Below are positions 26,701-38,865 of a DNA stretch of 64,000 nt, in pieces (the first letter of the stretch is position 1; each line of letters begins with the position of its first letter). A model generated the notes under the pieces. That model was not told where the DNA came from. It ran no database searches and saw nothing but the letters and a program-made list of their open reading frames with translations. The translations under genes and the position numbers were made by a program. Origin of the DNA: Hypanus sabinus (lineage: Eukaryota); the NCBI RefSeq assembly GCF_030144855.1, contig NC_082731.1, positions 22,878,001-22,942,000 of the forward strand, read 5' to 3'.

Positions 26701-27927
26701 TGAAGGTCAGATCGTGCCTAACAAGCCTGATAGAGTTCTTTGAGGAGGTGACCAGGCATACAGATGAGAGTAGTGTAGTGGATGTGATCTACATGGATTT
26801 TAGTAAGGCATTTGACACGGTTCCACATGGTAGTCTTATTCAGAAAGTCAGAAGTCATGGGATCCATGGAAATTTGTCCAGTTGGATTCAGAATTGGTTT
26901 GCCTGCAGAAGGCAGAGGGTTGTGGTGGAGAGAGTACATTCAGATTGGAGGGCTGTGACACGTTGTGTTCCACAAATGACTGGACTGGGACCTCTATTTT
27001 CGTGATTCTTACTAAAGACTTGGATGCTGGTGTTGAAGGGTGGTTTGGCAGGTTTGCAGACGACACATTGGTTAGTGGTGTTGTAGATAGTGTAGAGGAT
27101 TGTCGAAGATTGCAGAGAGACATTGATAGGATGCAGAAGTGGGCTGAGCAACCCGGGCTCAACCCGGGAAAGTGTGAGGTGATGCACTTTGGAATGACAA
27201 ACTCCAAGGCAGTGTACAAAGTAAATGGCAAGATACATGGTAGAGTGGAGGAGCAGAGGGATCTAGGGGAACATGTGCACAAATTCCTGAAAGTTGCCTC
27301 ATATGTAGATATAGTAGCTAACAAAGCTTATGGGGTGTTAGCTATCATAAGTCGAGGTATAGAGTTTAAGACACACGATGTAAAGATGCAGCTCTATAAA
27401 TCTGTAATTAACCACACTTGGTGTACTGTGTCCAGTTCTCGTCGCCACACTAAATGAAGGATGTGGAATAATTGGAAAGGATACAGAGGAGATTTAACAG
27501 GATGCTGCCTGGTTTAGAGAATATGGATTATGATCAGAGATTAAGGGAGCTAGGGCTTTATTCTTTGGAGAGATGGAGGATGAGAGTAGACATGATAGAG
27601 TTGTACAACTTTTTAAGAGGATTAGACAGAGTGGATAGCCAGCGCCTCTTACACAGGGTACCACTTCTCAGTACAAGAGGACATGCCTTTAATTTAAGGG
27701 GAGGGAAGTTCATGAGGGATATTAGAGGAAAGTCTTTCACTCATAGAGTGGTTGGTGCGTGGAATGCACTGCCTGAGTCAGTCGTGGAGGCAGACACACT
27801 AGTAAAGTTTATTAGACTACTAGATAGGTATATGGAGGAATTTAAGGTGGGTGGCAGGGGTTGATGGACAGCACAACATTGTGGGCCGGAGGGCCTGTAA
27901 TGTGCTGTACTATTCCATGTTGTATGT
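23770..27927 (+). mobile_element. Near full-length decayed CR1 LINE (5'UTR, ORF1 Zn-finger/esterase, ORF2 endonuclease-RT, 3'UTR)
   Basis: ORF1: CHPCKM...HICQR...LEQQLDDL and frameshifted GD(S)IVRGADRRFCG SGNH esterase. ORF2: FFNARS, WNYDV, MGDFNFPNIDW, YMDFSKAFDTVPH, RFADDT. Tail TGTGCTGTACTATTCCATG. Confidence 0.93.
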
Positions 27928-28199
27928 AAAACGAAAACGGGTGAGTGCGTAATAAGTTAGGTTTTCCGTTTTAAACATGCGTGGGAAATAGTGCAGGAAT
28001 GCAAATGGAACAAATTGGACGTTTCGTGACACAATCATTGTTTTTTTTATTTATCAATGACATGAAGTAACACACTGATTTATATTAATTTTGAAAATAA
28101 GAGAAATCCAAAGAACATGCTGGTCGGCTTTTTAATCTTTGCTTTCAGTGTTATTTTTTTTTAGACCTGAACGGATCGCCGCTGATATACAGTTTTACC

Positions 28200-29420
28200 T
28201 TTCTCAGGTTAATTCCTGCAGGGGCTCTACACCATATCTCATGTATCCCTGGGAATAAAGCGCACTCTGACCTTACGTTTTTGAGTCATGTAGTGAAACG
28301 TTTGAAATAGAGTTTCCGGGCACTGTACTGATTAGTGATCCAGGTCCCAACGCAGGAGGACAGTCAACATCTGTGCGCCTTTACGTATAATGAACAATAA
28401 TATTCCTGGGCGTAAGTGCTTCAGGGCTATTCTGACCGTCCAGAGAAATAGGTAGTTACCGTATGCTTCACTGCTGCTAGACAGACGTGTCATTTTATAA
28501 TATGTTTCTCCGTATATGACGCAGCCCGCCCTCTACTCATCCTTCCATGAGCCGAAACGGGAGGACGATTGATAAGTCGGCTGAAAAATCTCTGTGTTAG
28601 TCACAATATTGTCCATTCCAAATGCAGGCAGGCCGGATGACTGGTGGTCTGTGCAAGATGTGCGAGCTGGCACCTGGATACTACAGCTCATATCTCCGGT
28701 TATATACTTAAATGGCATTTTGTTGGTTCTGCTATCTCGATGATACACGGTAAGTCATCTCATTTCCATTGTGTTCTAAGTCATTTCGCAATCAATACCT
28801 GGGCGGCTTTAAGTAATATGAACAATGATATACCTGGCTGAGTTTGTCTCAGGTATTATTAACCCGTCAGCGACAGATGCAGGTGCCGTATACTTCACTG
28901 CTGCCAGCCACACGTGCCATTTTATTATATGTTTCTACGTATATGACGCAACCAGTCATGTGCTCATCCTTCCATGAGCCGAAACTGGAGTACGAATGAT
29001 AAATCGTCTAAAGAATCTTTGTGTTACGCACAATATTTCCCTATCCAAATGCAGGCCATCGGGATTACTGGTGGCTTATGCAAGAAGTGTGAGATTTCAG
29101 ATAGATAGCACAGCCCATTTCTCCGGTTACACCGAACATAAGCGCCACTTTGTTCGTTCTGCTCACTGATTCTGAATGGTGCACGTTGAATCATCTCAAC
29201 TCTACCTTGTACTATGACCTTTTGCACAAGATTATTCAATACAAGTGCGCTTTTACGTATTATGAACAATAATATACCTGGCCGAAATTGTCTCAGGGCA
29301 ACACTCACCAGCCAGCGATGTGCGCAGCTGCCTTACTCTTCACTGCTGCCAGTCACACGTATCATTTTATACTACTCTTCTAAGTAAATGACGCACCGGC
29401 CCTTTTCGCATCCACCCATA
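28200..29420. repeat. Diverged tandem repeat, ~2.8 units of ~430-445 bp, unknown origin
   Basis: ATGAACAAT at 28390, 28818 and 29262, and TGACGCA at 28517, 28944 and 29389. CTTCACTGCTGC and CATTTTAT recur in each unit; CTCATCCTTCCATGAGCCGAAAC recurs in units 1 and 2. Confidence 0.88.
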
Positions 29421-32400
29421 CAGATGAGGATCAAACTACCTGCTTTTTACACCAGGTACTGTCATCAGCTATTTCAGCGCTAACTACTCCATTCTCTAGT
29501 TGCCTGGTCATCAAGACACTGCCTAGGAAATCCAGACTTCCAGAAACTCAAATCTCGCCTGCACTATATCCAGAAAGCTGTTCTTTCTACTTCTGCCCCA
29601 AGTAATGTGAGCTAATTGTTCCTGGTCTTTTCGTTAAGATCCAGCGCAGACAGAAACTTCCGAACTGATTTGTCGTGGAAACTCTACAGCTGATACATTC
29701 AGGGAATAGCCATGTTTGACAACCGTTGTCCTTCCGCTGACGCACTGTTACTTCATGACCTTCCTCTTGTGAGCCTCCTCGCATCATGCCACCAGGATGT
29801 GTTCCACTCCAGGATGATTTTTTGCATTAAGTTTTGTTGTATTTTGTATCGGTCATAAGATTTCTGCTTTGTAGTAACTCAGTGAAATGCAACTTCCTCG
29901 CCAAATCAACCTTCATTGACTGTCATTTGGCAGTTTGCAGCAGATTGAATTTAAGCATTTTTGGTGGCAATGGCGTTGCCTCTCCTTTAAGAAAATGACT
30001 GTTTTTTTTTCTTCCCCCCTTTACAGTATCTGCTCTTATCTAACATCTCTGTCGTTCCAATGTGTCAGGATGGGACAGCGGGAGTTTGTCCTGGTGCTAC
30101 CTATACTGTCTTGTGTTAAAGCTGTTTTGGATCTTCTGATGCCCTGCGTCGGTGTCTCCCTCAGACAACAAAGCTGGCAGTTATATTCTCTCATATAACC
30201 TTGCGGTCAAATGAATAGTGTAACGAGACTGACATAAACTGACAGCATGCCTGAAAATAAAGGCGACGGTTCCTGTCTGCAACTCATTCCAAGTAATATT
30301 ACGAATAATAGGATCCCATTTCGTCCAGACGTCCAGTGAGCCCATTACCTTTGTCTCTGAGGAAAGTTTTTCATCCTTGCCGTTTCCTACTTCTGCCTGA
30401 GCCATGCCAAAACTAACTGTGCATTTGCACTCGTCTATCCAGAAAATTATGGACATTCGGGGTCCTGCCGTCTCCGGAATATTTGCTAATGATGCATAAC
30501 AATTACTGAACTGCCACTGCCTTTCCTATAGTCGAGTCGACGTTCCACATTCGGCCAGATCTTTTTGTAACTCTCACTTTGATTATTTGCTTCTCATTTT
30601 AGTTACCCACTGCTAGCAAAGCTCTACACATTGCTACCTGAACTCCTGCACGACTACTGAAAGCGGGAACTGTAGTTGGCCTGTTTATATGTGGCGACCC
30701 ACTGAAGAAAAATGTAAGGAGAATCTCCAACCTCGTCCTCATGTGCCTGCTGACAATCCCCTTTATGCATTCTACAGTGGCCCCGGGGATCACGTACAAC
30801 TTCAAAAGCCAGAGGAGACATGAAGTTGAATATTTAGTTACGGCATATTTTAAGTTAACTTGTCAGTCCAGTTCTGTCGTTCTTCTGCAACAACTCTTCG
30901 GTCTGCATTAGTGTGTCAGTGATGGTGACTCTGACTCGGTGCTGTATTAAAACGCTATCCAAGAGATTTCAATGTTTGACCTCAGTCGACGAAACGTTTC
31001 CTCGTCTTACTTGAAGACACAATATACTAATAGTCTATCCGTTTTTGATCACCATATATCTGGACTTCTTGGCTAAGCAGGTAGCAAACTCATCACCTCG
31101 GCACAACAAGCTACGTTGTCTAGGATTTTCAATATCTTTTTTGCGTGGACATGGGTTGCTGTGATTATTGTGATGAATCCTCACATGCTGGGCTCCAAGA
31201 GAGTGCCACAGGTTATGTCTGTTGCTGCCAATATGAGGAGATACAAATCAATTAAAATCCAGATGGCGGAGATCGTGCAGACGATTGGAGTCCATTTTAG
31301 AGGTCTTCCCGCATGAATAAAAGTGGGCTGAAGTGAAGTTCAATTCTCCAAGGTAAGTTACAATCATGTGTTGTCTTACTGGTATGAAATAGTAGCGTGC
31401 CAGACCAGTCCAGATGAGGACTTGTAGTGTTGAACCGTCCGCGTTGGCAAGGTGTAACCAGATAACTGCTAGGTAACTTTTCATTTGCCGGGCCCGGCGA
31501 AGCAATTGGCTGATCGTCGAGATCTCTTCAAGAGGCACTGAAAAAAGTCGGGGATGCCTCTATTCTGGGTGAAGGTGCTGAAATGATGCGTTTCCAGTGA
31601 ATCATTGAAGGAAAAATGAGACACAAAGAAATGGTAGGTACACGAAATGAGTTTTGGAATGTAGCATGTAGTCTTTTGATAAATGAAAACAAGTGGCCTA
31701 AATGCACTCGCCAGCAAACCTAAACTAGAGATGGAGAACTTAAAATACCGAAATAGTAGTACGATGCCAAGCTTCTCGCAGGCATCGAGAAGAATATCCT
31801 GAGGAGGTGTATTGCTATAAACGTGATGGTGGCAGAGGAATACTTTTTCTAGGGGACAAGGCATCCTTATAACGATTTTCCAGCTTAGGGCAATAGTGCC
31901 TTTCGTCCACACTTCGCCATTATCTTCAACAAACCGGAGGCAATTTAAAAAAAAAAAAATATTTTATAACGTAGCGTCTACCGGTCGGTCAACAGGCGGC
32001 TAATGACTTTGCTGTCTTGCTGATCTTCTGGACATCCTTTCTCGTTGTCTCAGCTCCAATCAGCATTGTTGCTCAAATTTTGTTTGAGGGTCTTCTGGAT
32101 TGAGTTCTCGTCCCAGATTCCTTCGGCGATCGCTGCTTGATACCAGCTTTAAAACTTTAAACTGTGGCATCCCTTTGCTTTCATAAGAAGTTATTCTTTC
32201 CACTCTGTCTACAAGCAACTGTCCTGCAGAGGTCATGTCGACTGTGTCGTATTTGGTGCAGTGGCCCAGTTATGGTTGGCATAACTGGTCGCGAGAGGTC
32301 GCGTTCCTTTGGTTTGATATTCATTGATTCGTGTTATCAGCTCCACAGCGTCACATGCATAAACTGAATATAGCGTAAAGGGCACGTCCGACAGGGCGGA

Positions 32401-32654
32401 GCATACGTATCTGTGAAGGAGACGTCTTGTTTTTCCGAGTTAGAAGTAGTGATCAACAGTCGCTAACAATTGAGTAGCTGTTACTTCAAACATTGACAGA
32501 CCATCATTTCTGGGAACACTGTGCCATGGTGATGAACTCCTAGAAGGAAGGAGTTTAATAAAAATGTCTTGAATCGGGTTTCTGCAGTTGTCAGAAAAGC
32601 ATACTGTATAAGACACACAAACAATCAATTTACTAAACTGAATTGAAGTAGAAA

Positions 32655-33004
32655 TGTGACGGAGACGTGGTAGGAAAACACACACAGGTGCAGGACTCCG
32701 ACGAGGTGGCAGAATCGCAGTAGCATGTGTAGATTCGGGACAAGACAGGGTCAGCACCTGGGAGATTTGGTTTACGAAGAGATATGGGGTCGAATACCTG
32801 CAGCAAGTTTCCTCTCTCTCTCTGAGAGTCGAACAACAATATGTCAAGGAATGACAGCTGTCGGAGTCTTATCCTCTGGTGGCTAAAGGAAACCAGTTGC
32901 TGGTGATTGATTCGAATTTGGAATGATTGGCAATCAAGTGTGGGGATTAAGAACAAATAGGGAGGAAAGAGAAAAGCTGGGAAATGCCAGCCAGGACCAT
33001 GGCA
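32655..33004 (-). repeat. 3' LTR of the sushi-type element
   Basis: TG...CA termini (minus strand TGCCATGG...GTCACA), preceded by the purine-rich tract GGGAGGCTCCCTTGAGGAAGTGGTAC. Homologous to 37338-37701. Confidence 0.85.
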
Positions 33005-36000
33005 GTACCACTTCCTCAAGGGAGCCTCCCGGCAACTTTCCCGGATTGTTGGGCTGGTGTCGATAAAAGTCCTGAATGAGAGAAAGGTCCAGGATAAAGG
33101 AGCGGGGAAACCAGGAACGCTCCTCTGGACCATACCCTTCCGAATACACCAAGTACTGGAACCCTCTGCGCCTTCGGCGCACATCCAATAGACGTCGGAC
33201 GGTTTACGCTGGATGGTTGTCAATGATTCAGGTTGCTGGGGGAGTATCGGACAGTGGATACAAGTGGCTTACCGAGACTGGTTTAACTTGGGAAACATTG
33301 ACGCAAGTGTGGAGGCTTACGGAACTTGGTATTATCAGTCGGACAGCCATAGGTTTGATAATCCGTTCGACCCTGAACATTCTTAGGAATCTAAGATCGA
33401 GTTTTCTATGCTCATTCTTGAGCGGAATGTCCTTGGAGGACAGCCATTCCAACTGCCCAGTTTGGTACATGGGTGCCAGGGTCCGGTGTCGATCGACTGT
33501 CTCCTTGTAGCGATCGCCTGACCGGACTAGGGCCGCACGTATCTCCTTGCAAATACTACGGCACCAGTTGATATGATCGCGACGAATGGTACTGCAGCCT
33601 CTGCTTCCTATGCGGGAAACATCGGGGGCTGGTACCCCAGCGAGTACTCGAATGGGGACTTCCCTACTACTGAACCCAAGAGGGAGTTGTGAGCGTACTC
33701 GACCCTCGGGAGTTGATCGCTCCAGGTGTCCGGCTTGGTTTCGGTCACGGAACGCAACGTTGCTTCCATGTCCTGGTTAATCCAATCCGTCTGTCCATTT
33801 CTCTGGGGGTGGAAGCCGGATGATATGCTTACTGCTGCACCCATAGTTCGGAAGAATGTTCTCCACAACTTAGAGACGATTTGGGGAAATTGGTCCGAGT
33901 CGATGTCGGCGGAGATTCCTTGGAGACGGAAGACATGGCGGACGAGGTCAGTGGTCTCCTGGGCCGACAGGAGTTTCGGTAGACCTACCAAAAGCACAGC
34001 CTTCGAAATCTGTCTACCACTGTGAGAAAGGTCGTATTTCCTAGGGATTTGTGCAACCTGTGACGACGGCCTGGGCGATGTGCGTCCATGGGCGGTAAGT
34101 AAAAGGCAGGGGGCGAAGCAATTCCGCAGGCGGCGATGACAGGCCTTACCCGGGCAGAAGTGGGACATGCTGCGACGTTGGGGCGCGTGTCTGCCTCCAT
34201 GGAGGGCCAAAAAAATCTCCTCAAGGTTGCCATGGGACAATTACTTCCGGGGTGGCAGGCAAATCGATACGCACACCCCCACTGGAGGAACTGAAATCCG
34301 ACGCGTTCGGGCACATAGAGCCGGTCACTGGGTCCCTTACCAGCGTCCGGGTAATCCCGTTGGGCTTCCTTTACCACGGACTCGATCTCCTAGGTGAGGA
34401 AGGTCACTTCGCAGGACGATGTGATGATAGTTTCTGTACTGGAGGTGTCCTCCCTGGAGTCATATTGGCGGGGAGTGATGTTATACTTGAATCGTTCAAA
34501 GAATTATGCGCAATGGGCCTACCGGGAGTGCAGGCGCTTGGCGGTCTGAATATGCCCGTTTTTTGTGATCCGTACAGACGACCAATGGATGATCTACCCC
34601 TCCAAGCAGTGCCTCCACTCTTCTAACGCCAGTTTCTCCGTCAATAACTCTCGATGCCCAACGTCATATTTCCGTTCCACAGGGGACATTCGGAGGCAAA
34701 AGAAAGCACGGATTGAACCTTTTAGACCTTACCCGACCGTTGGGACAGGACTGCTCCTACCCCGGATCTGAAGCGTCCACCTCCACGATAAATTGTAGGG
34801 AAGGGTCCGGCGGGTTCACGATGGAGGCGGTGGTAAAGCTTCTCTTTCAGTTAATGAATGCTGCTTCTACTTCTGTGCCCCAAGATCATTGTGTCGAGGG
34901 CGACATAAGCCGGTTCACAGGGGCTGCCACCTGACTGTAGTCCCTTATATAACAGCGATAGAATTTCGCGAACCCTAGGAATCGCTGAAATTGCTTGTGG
35001 GTCGTGTACCGAGGACATTCCTCCACCGCACGGATCTTCTCGGGTTCTGCTCTCACCTGCCCTCCTTCGATAATGTACCCAAGGAAGCTGACTGAAGGGA
35101 CATGAGACACACATTTCTCAGCTTTCAAACGCCGTTGGTTTTCCCACAGCCCTTGAAGGACTCTACGGACATGGCGAACATATTCTTGCAGGTTGCGGAA
35201 AGAAAAATCAGATTGTCTTCTAGATAGACGAACACGAATCGGTTAATGAAGTCCCTTAACACACCTTTGATGAAGGCCTGGAAAGCGGTGGGAGAATTAG
35301 TAATGCCAGACGGCATTACAAGATATTCAAAATGGACCAGTGGTGTTAAAGGCTATCTTCCACTTATCCCCTTCCCGTATCCGAACGAAGCGTTCGGCAT
35401 TCTGTAGGTCCAGCTTGGAAAAGATAGTAATTCGGTGTAACGGCTCAAAGGCTGAACTAATGAGCGGCAGTGGGTACTTATTCTTAATGGTTATATTGTT
35501 AAAGCCACAATTATAGATGCAGGGGCGAGGTGAACCATCTTTCTTTTCTACAAAGAAAATTCCGGCGGCGACAGGGGAGGAAGAGCGCCTGGTGCGGCCC
35601 GCTGCAAGTGAATCGCCTGGGTATTTCTCCATGGCCTCTGCGGTCCCGATAATTACACAGACGACTGGTGAGTAGCGGGGACCAGGAAGAAGTTCGATGG
35701 CACAGTCATAAGTGCGGTACGGAGGCAGGGCAAGTGCTCGTTGTTTGCTGAACTCGTGTACCAGGTGATGGTATGCAGCAGGCTACCTGGAGAAGTCAGG
35801 GTCTTCGGAGTCCGCCGAGGTCGCCGGGGCCTCCCTGGGAGGTGGAGCCGACTGTAGACAGTTGGCGTGCATGCCAGTCTCCATCTGGCTATCCATTCGG
35901 CTTTCTAGTCGAACTCGGGATTGTCCTGGGTCAGTCATGGGTACCCTAGGAGAACCGGGACCTGGGGTGACTGAATGAGTCTGACACTACTTCCTCCGGA

Positions 36001-37320
36001 TGATTGCCGGAACATAACAAGATCAGGGGCGGCGGACAGATGGTCTCCCGAGTAAGCAGACTCCCGTCGTGGGCCCTGGCCTCCAGTGGGGTGGTCAACG
36101 GCTCCCGCGGTATTCTGGCATGGGTGGTTATTCCCTCGTCCAGCAGGTTGCCTTCCCCACAGGAATCCACCATAGCGGATAGGGACAGAGACTGCAGCTG
36201 GTATTTCACGGTTGCTGGGATCTGCACCCATGTCTGGGGTGCTGAAGGGAGCATCATTCGGCTCACCAGGGCTCTCTCTCACACTGGTGAGCCCTCCCGT
36301 TTTGGACGTTGAGGGCAGGTATCGGAGAAGTGGCATGGTTGGCCGCAATTGTAACAGGCCCAGCTCTCCACCTCAACGTCCGTTCAGCCGGGGAGAGCCG
36401 GCTCCGTCGCAGCTGCAGCGGTTCTTCTTCCAGGACGGTGTTGACAGATGGAGCAGGATGAGCAGATGCAACAGGAACGAAACTGGGGGGAGCCGAGCAA
36501 GGCTAATTGGCGGAATGTGGGGAAACGGGACATGGATTTACACGAAGAGCTGGGTGAATCTTGTTTTCCCTCTGACGCTCCCACATCCGGTCTTCCAGCC
36601 CGTTTGCTAAAGAGATTAGCGCGTCCAGGCTGTCCGTGTCATCTTTCGCTGACAGTTCTTCCTTCAACTTTTCTGCGAGACCCTGCCGGAACTCCTCCTG
36701 TAGGGCCTCGTCGTTTCATCCTGAGTCGGCTGCCAGGGTGCGAAATTCGATGGCTTATTTAGCCACACTCTGTGTACCCTGACACAGGGTCAGCAAGCGT
36801 CTGGCGGCGTCCTTTTCGCGAAGGGGCTGTTCCAAAACCTTCCTCATCTCCGAGATGAATGTGGGGAAGGCGGCGCAAACCTCCGGTTGGTTATGCCAAA
36901 TAGCCGTAGCCCATACCAGGGTATCCACTCGCAGCAGCCCCGTAACGTACGCGATCTTCGCCTTATCTGATGCGCATTGCTCGAAAACCAGGGAGCATTC
37001 TAGTAGTAATGTGTTACATCTTCCTAGGTTTACCCCGTAGGGTTCTGGCTCCGGAACATACGGCTCGTGAGGGGATGTTATTGCCGGTTGCAGGAGCACA
37101 GACGGTCCAGTTTGCGGAATGGTTCGGCCGGAGTTCTCGGGGGATGCGACGGACAAAGGAAGATGGAGATCCGGTCCACCTGCTCAGAGACCTTGGCCAC
37201 ACCTGGGGCCAGCCGAAAGAGGTGTTTCGTTACTTTCTGGGGCAATTGGTCCTGGGCGCCCATTAATAGGCCCTGGCTGGCGAGTGCCTGTTGGACGGGA
37301 TCCGACTCCTTTGTCTTCAT
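33005..37320 (-). pseudogene. gag-pol: gag-pol (CA-NC-PR-RT-RH-IN-chromodomain) with many frameshifts and stops
   Basis: Fragmented ORFs 36755-37156, 35946-36266, 35327-35632, 35125-35316, 34886-35128, 33985-34377, 33608-34240, 33228-33470 and 32934-33188. Confidence 0.9.
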
Positions 37321-37325
37321 GCTTG

Positions 37326-37336
37326 GCCTGATTGTT
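37326..37336 (-). promoter_or_regulatory. Self-priming primer binding site (non-tRNA)
   Basis: No TGG tRNA PBS. The PBS AACAATCAGGC is complementary at 10/11 positions to GCCAGATTGTT in the 5' LTR (37528-37538). Confidence 0.65.
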
Positions 37337-37337
37337 C

Positions 37338-37701
37338 TGTGACGGGGATGTGGCAGGAAAAATAACTCAAGTGCGGGTCTCCGAAGCGGAGGCAAGATCA
37401 GGAGGATGAATCTCCGTCGCGGCTGTAGAATCGGGACCAGACTGGGTCAGGACCTCGGATATTTGGTTTACAAAGAGATACGCGGTCGAAGACTTGGACA
37501 AGGTTCGTATCTCTCTGAGAGACGACAAACAATCTGGCAAGGTCTGACCGGAACTGTTGGATTCTTATCCTACGGGGGCTAATGGAAACCAAGTGCTGCT
37601 GTTTGAGAGGAATTGGGAAAGATTGGGAATCAAGTGTGGGGATTAAGGACCAATTAAGGAGGAAAGGGAAAATGTAGAAAATGCCAGCCTGGAACATGAC
37701 A
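37338..37701 (-). repeat. 5' LTR of the sushi-type element
   Basis: Minus strand TGTCATG...GTCACA termini, with TATA-like GATAAGAA ~28 nt before the predicted R start. Confidence 0.85.
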
Positions 37702-38865
37702 AAGGAAACAGAGAGAATGAGTTTGTGCATTATGGGGGTGAATACCATGAAGGTTTCTGCTTCCTCATAGATTTCTCCTTTCAATATTCCAGGACACCTG
37801 TTTCATCAATCTTTTCCTCCTGGGTATGTAGAGTGGTAGCACGTATGCGGGTCCAATTCTGTTCCAGAAGACAGAAGACCACTCGAAGTGGTGCAGCCTG
37901 CAATATCTTGAGTTCTCCATTGCAGCGAAAATGACAGTCCCTCAGACGTTTGCAAATGCTAAAAATTGCTTAGAACCGAACTTCCCTTCAATCTATCGTG
38001 ATAATGCTAACGTGCGAGGGCAAATAGGCTGGTTAGACTTGTCCAGGCAGATTCTTGGAATGACGAGCGAGAAAATTTATCATCGTATTCACGGTCATAA
38101 TAGTTTTCCCGTCCCCAATATATCTGCCAATCCGTTTGCAGTGCGATCAATTATATTTAGCGTGCCATCTTCTCTAAAGATCCAGGAAATAAATGAGAAG
38201 GTAAAATAAATAAATAAATAAAACGGGAGCTCTGGAAAGGCAGATTTGGAAATCCAATGTATTACATTAGTGTGCTGTCACTGAAAGAAAAAAAAATCTT
38301 TTGGTATATTTAGTAAGATTGTTTTATCTTTTTTCAATAGTAGGGATACAGAGCGGAGGACGGCCTAACACGACTTGTGCAACTCTGCTCCTGCAACCAA
38401 CGACAAAAAATGAAAAATCTCGTGGTGATCAAGGAATAATTTATCTTTTATAATTAACCCACCCGTATTCTTTCTATTGCGAAGTTAACTAGTTTATCTG
38501 GGGAACCTCCACGTACTCGTCTGTGTTGATGTACAGAGTCTCTTCACAACACAGCGCCACAAATGAACTAGGAACTTCAAAATAACAAAGTATAGCAGAG
38601 CCGTGCTAACTAAAAGCCCACGTGGCGTCCAACTGGAGAGACTGAAAGAAAATTATTGGAAGAGAGGGAAAGAAGGATTTTTAAATAAGAATATTCAGAA
38701 CCAGACAGGAATAGACATGTATATAGAGTCCTGGAGGGATAACGAGTCAATTTAATCTCAAATTGTTAGGCTATTCTCAGAGGGAGGACAACTATAGGGA
38801 GCTAATAATACTTGGCAATGCCGCCAGAGTCGCGGGCTCGAAGGGAAAGAAACAGATATGAAAAT

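Larger units (their letters stand above)
32655..37701 (-). mobile_element. Sushi-type (Tf1/sushi group) chromoviral Ty3/Gypsy LTR retrotransposon, decayed
   Basis: Minus strand, in order: gag capsid (KAKIAYVTGLL...WATAIW), CX2CX4HX4C knuckle, protease, RT ([26 protein letters not shown]), RNase H, integrase (GFHPQRNGQTD) and chromodomain ([16 protein letters not shown]), flanked by two related LTRs. Confidence 0.94.

Noticed and set aside
27999-28006. Octamer ATGCAAAT as an IgH-type V promoter (also ~1461, ~3499, ~23644)
   Set aside because: Several hits are expected by chance in 64 kb of AT-rich DNA, and no valid leader plus V exon follows.
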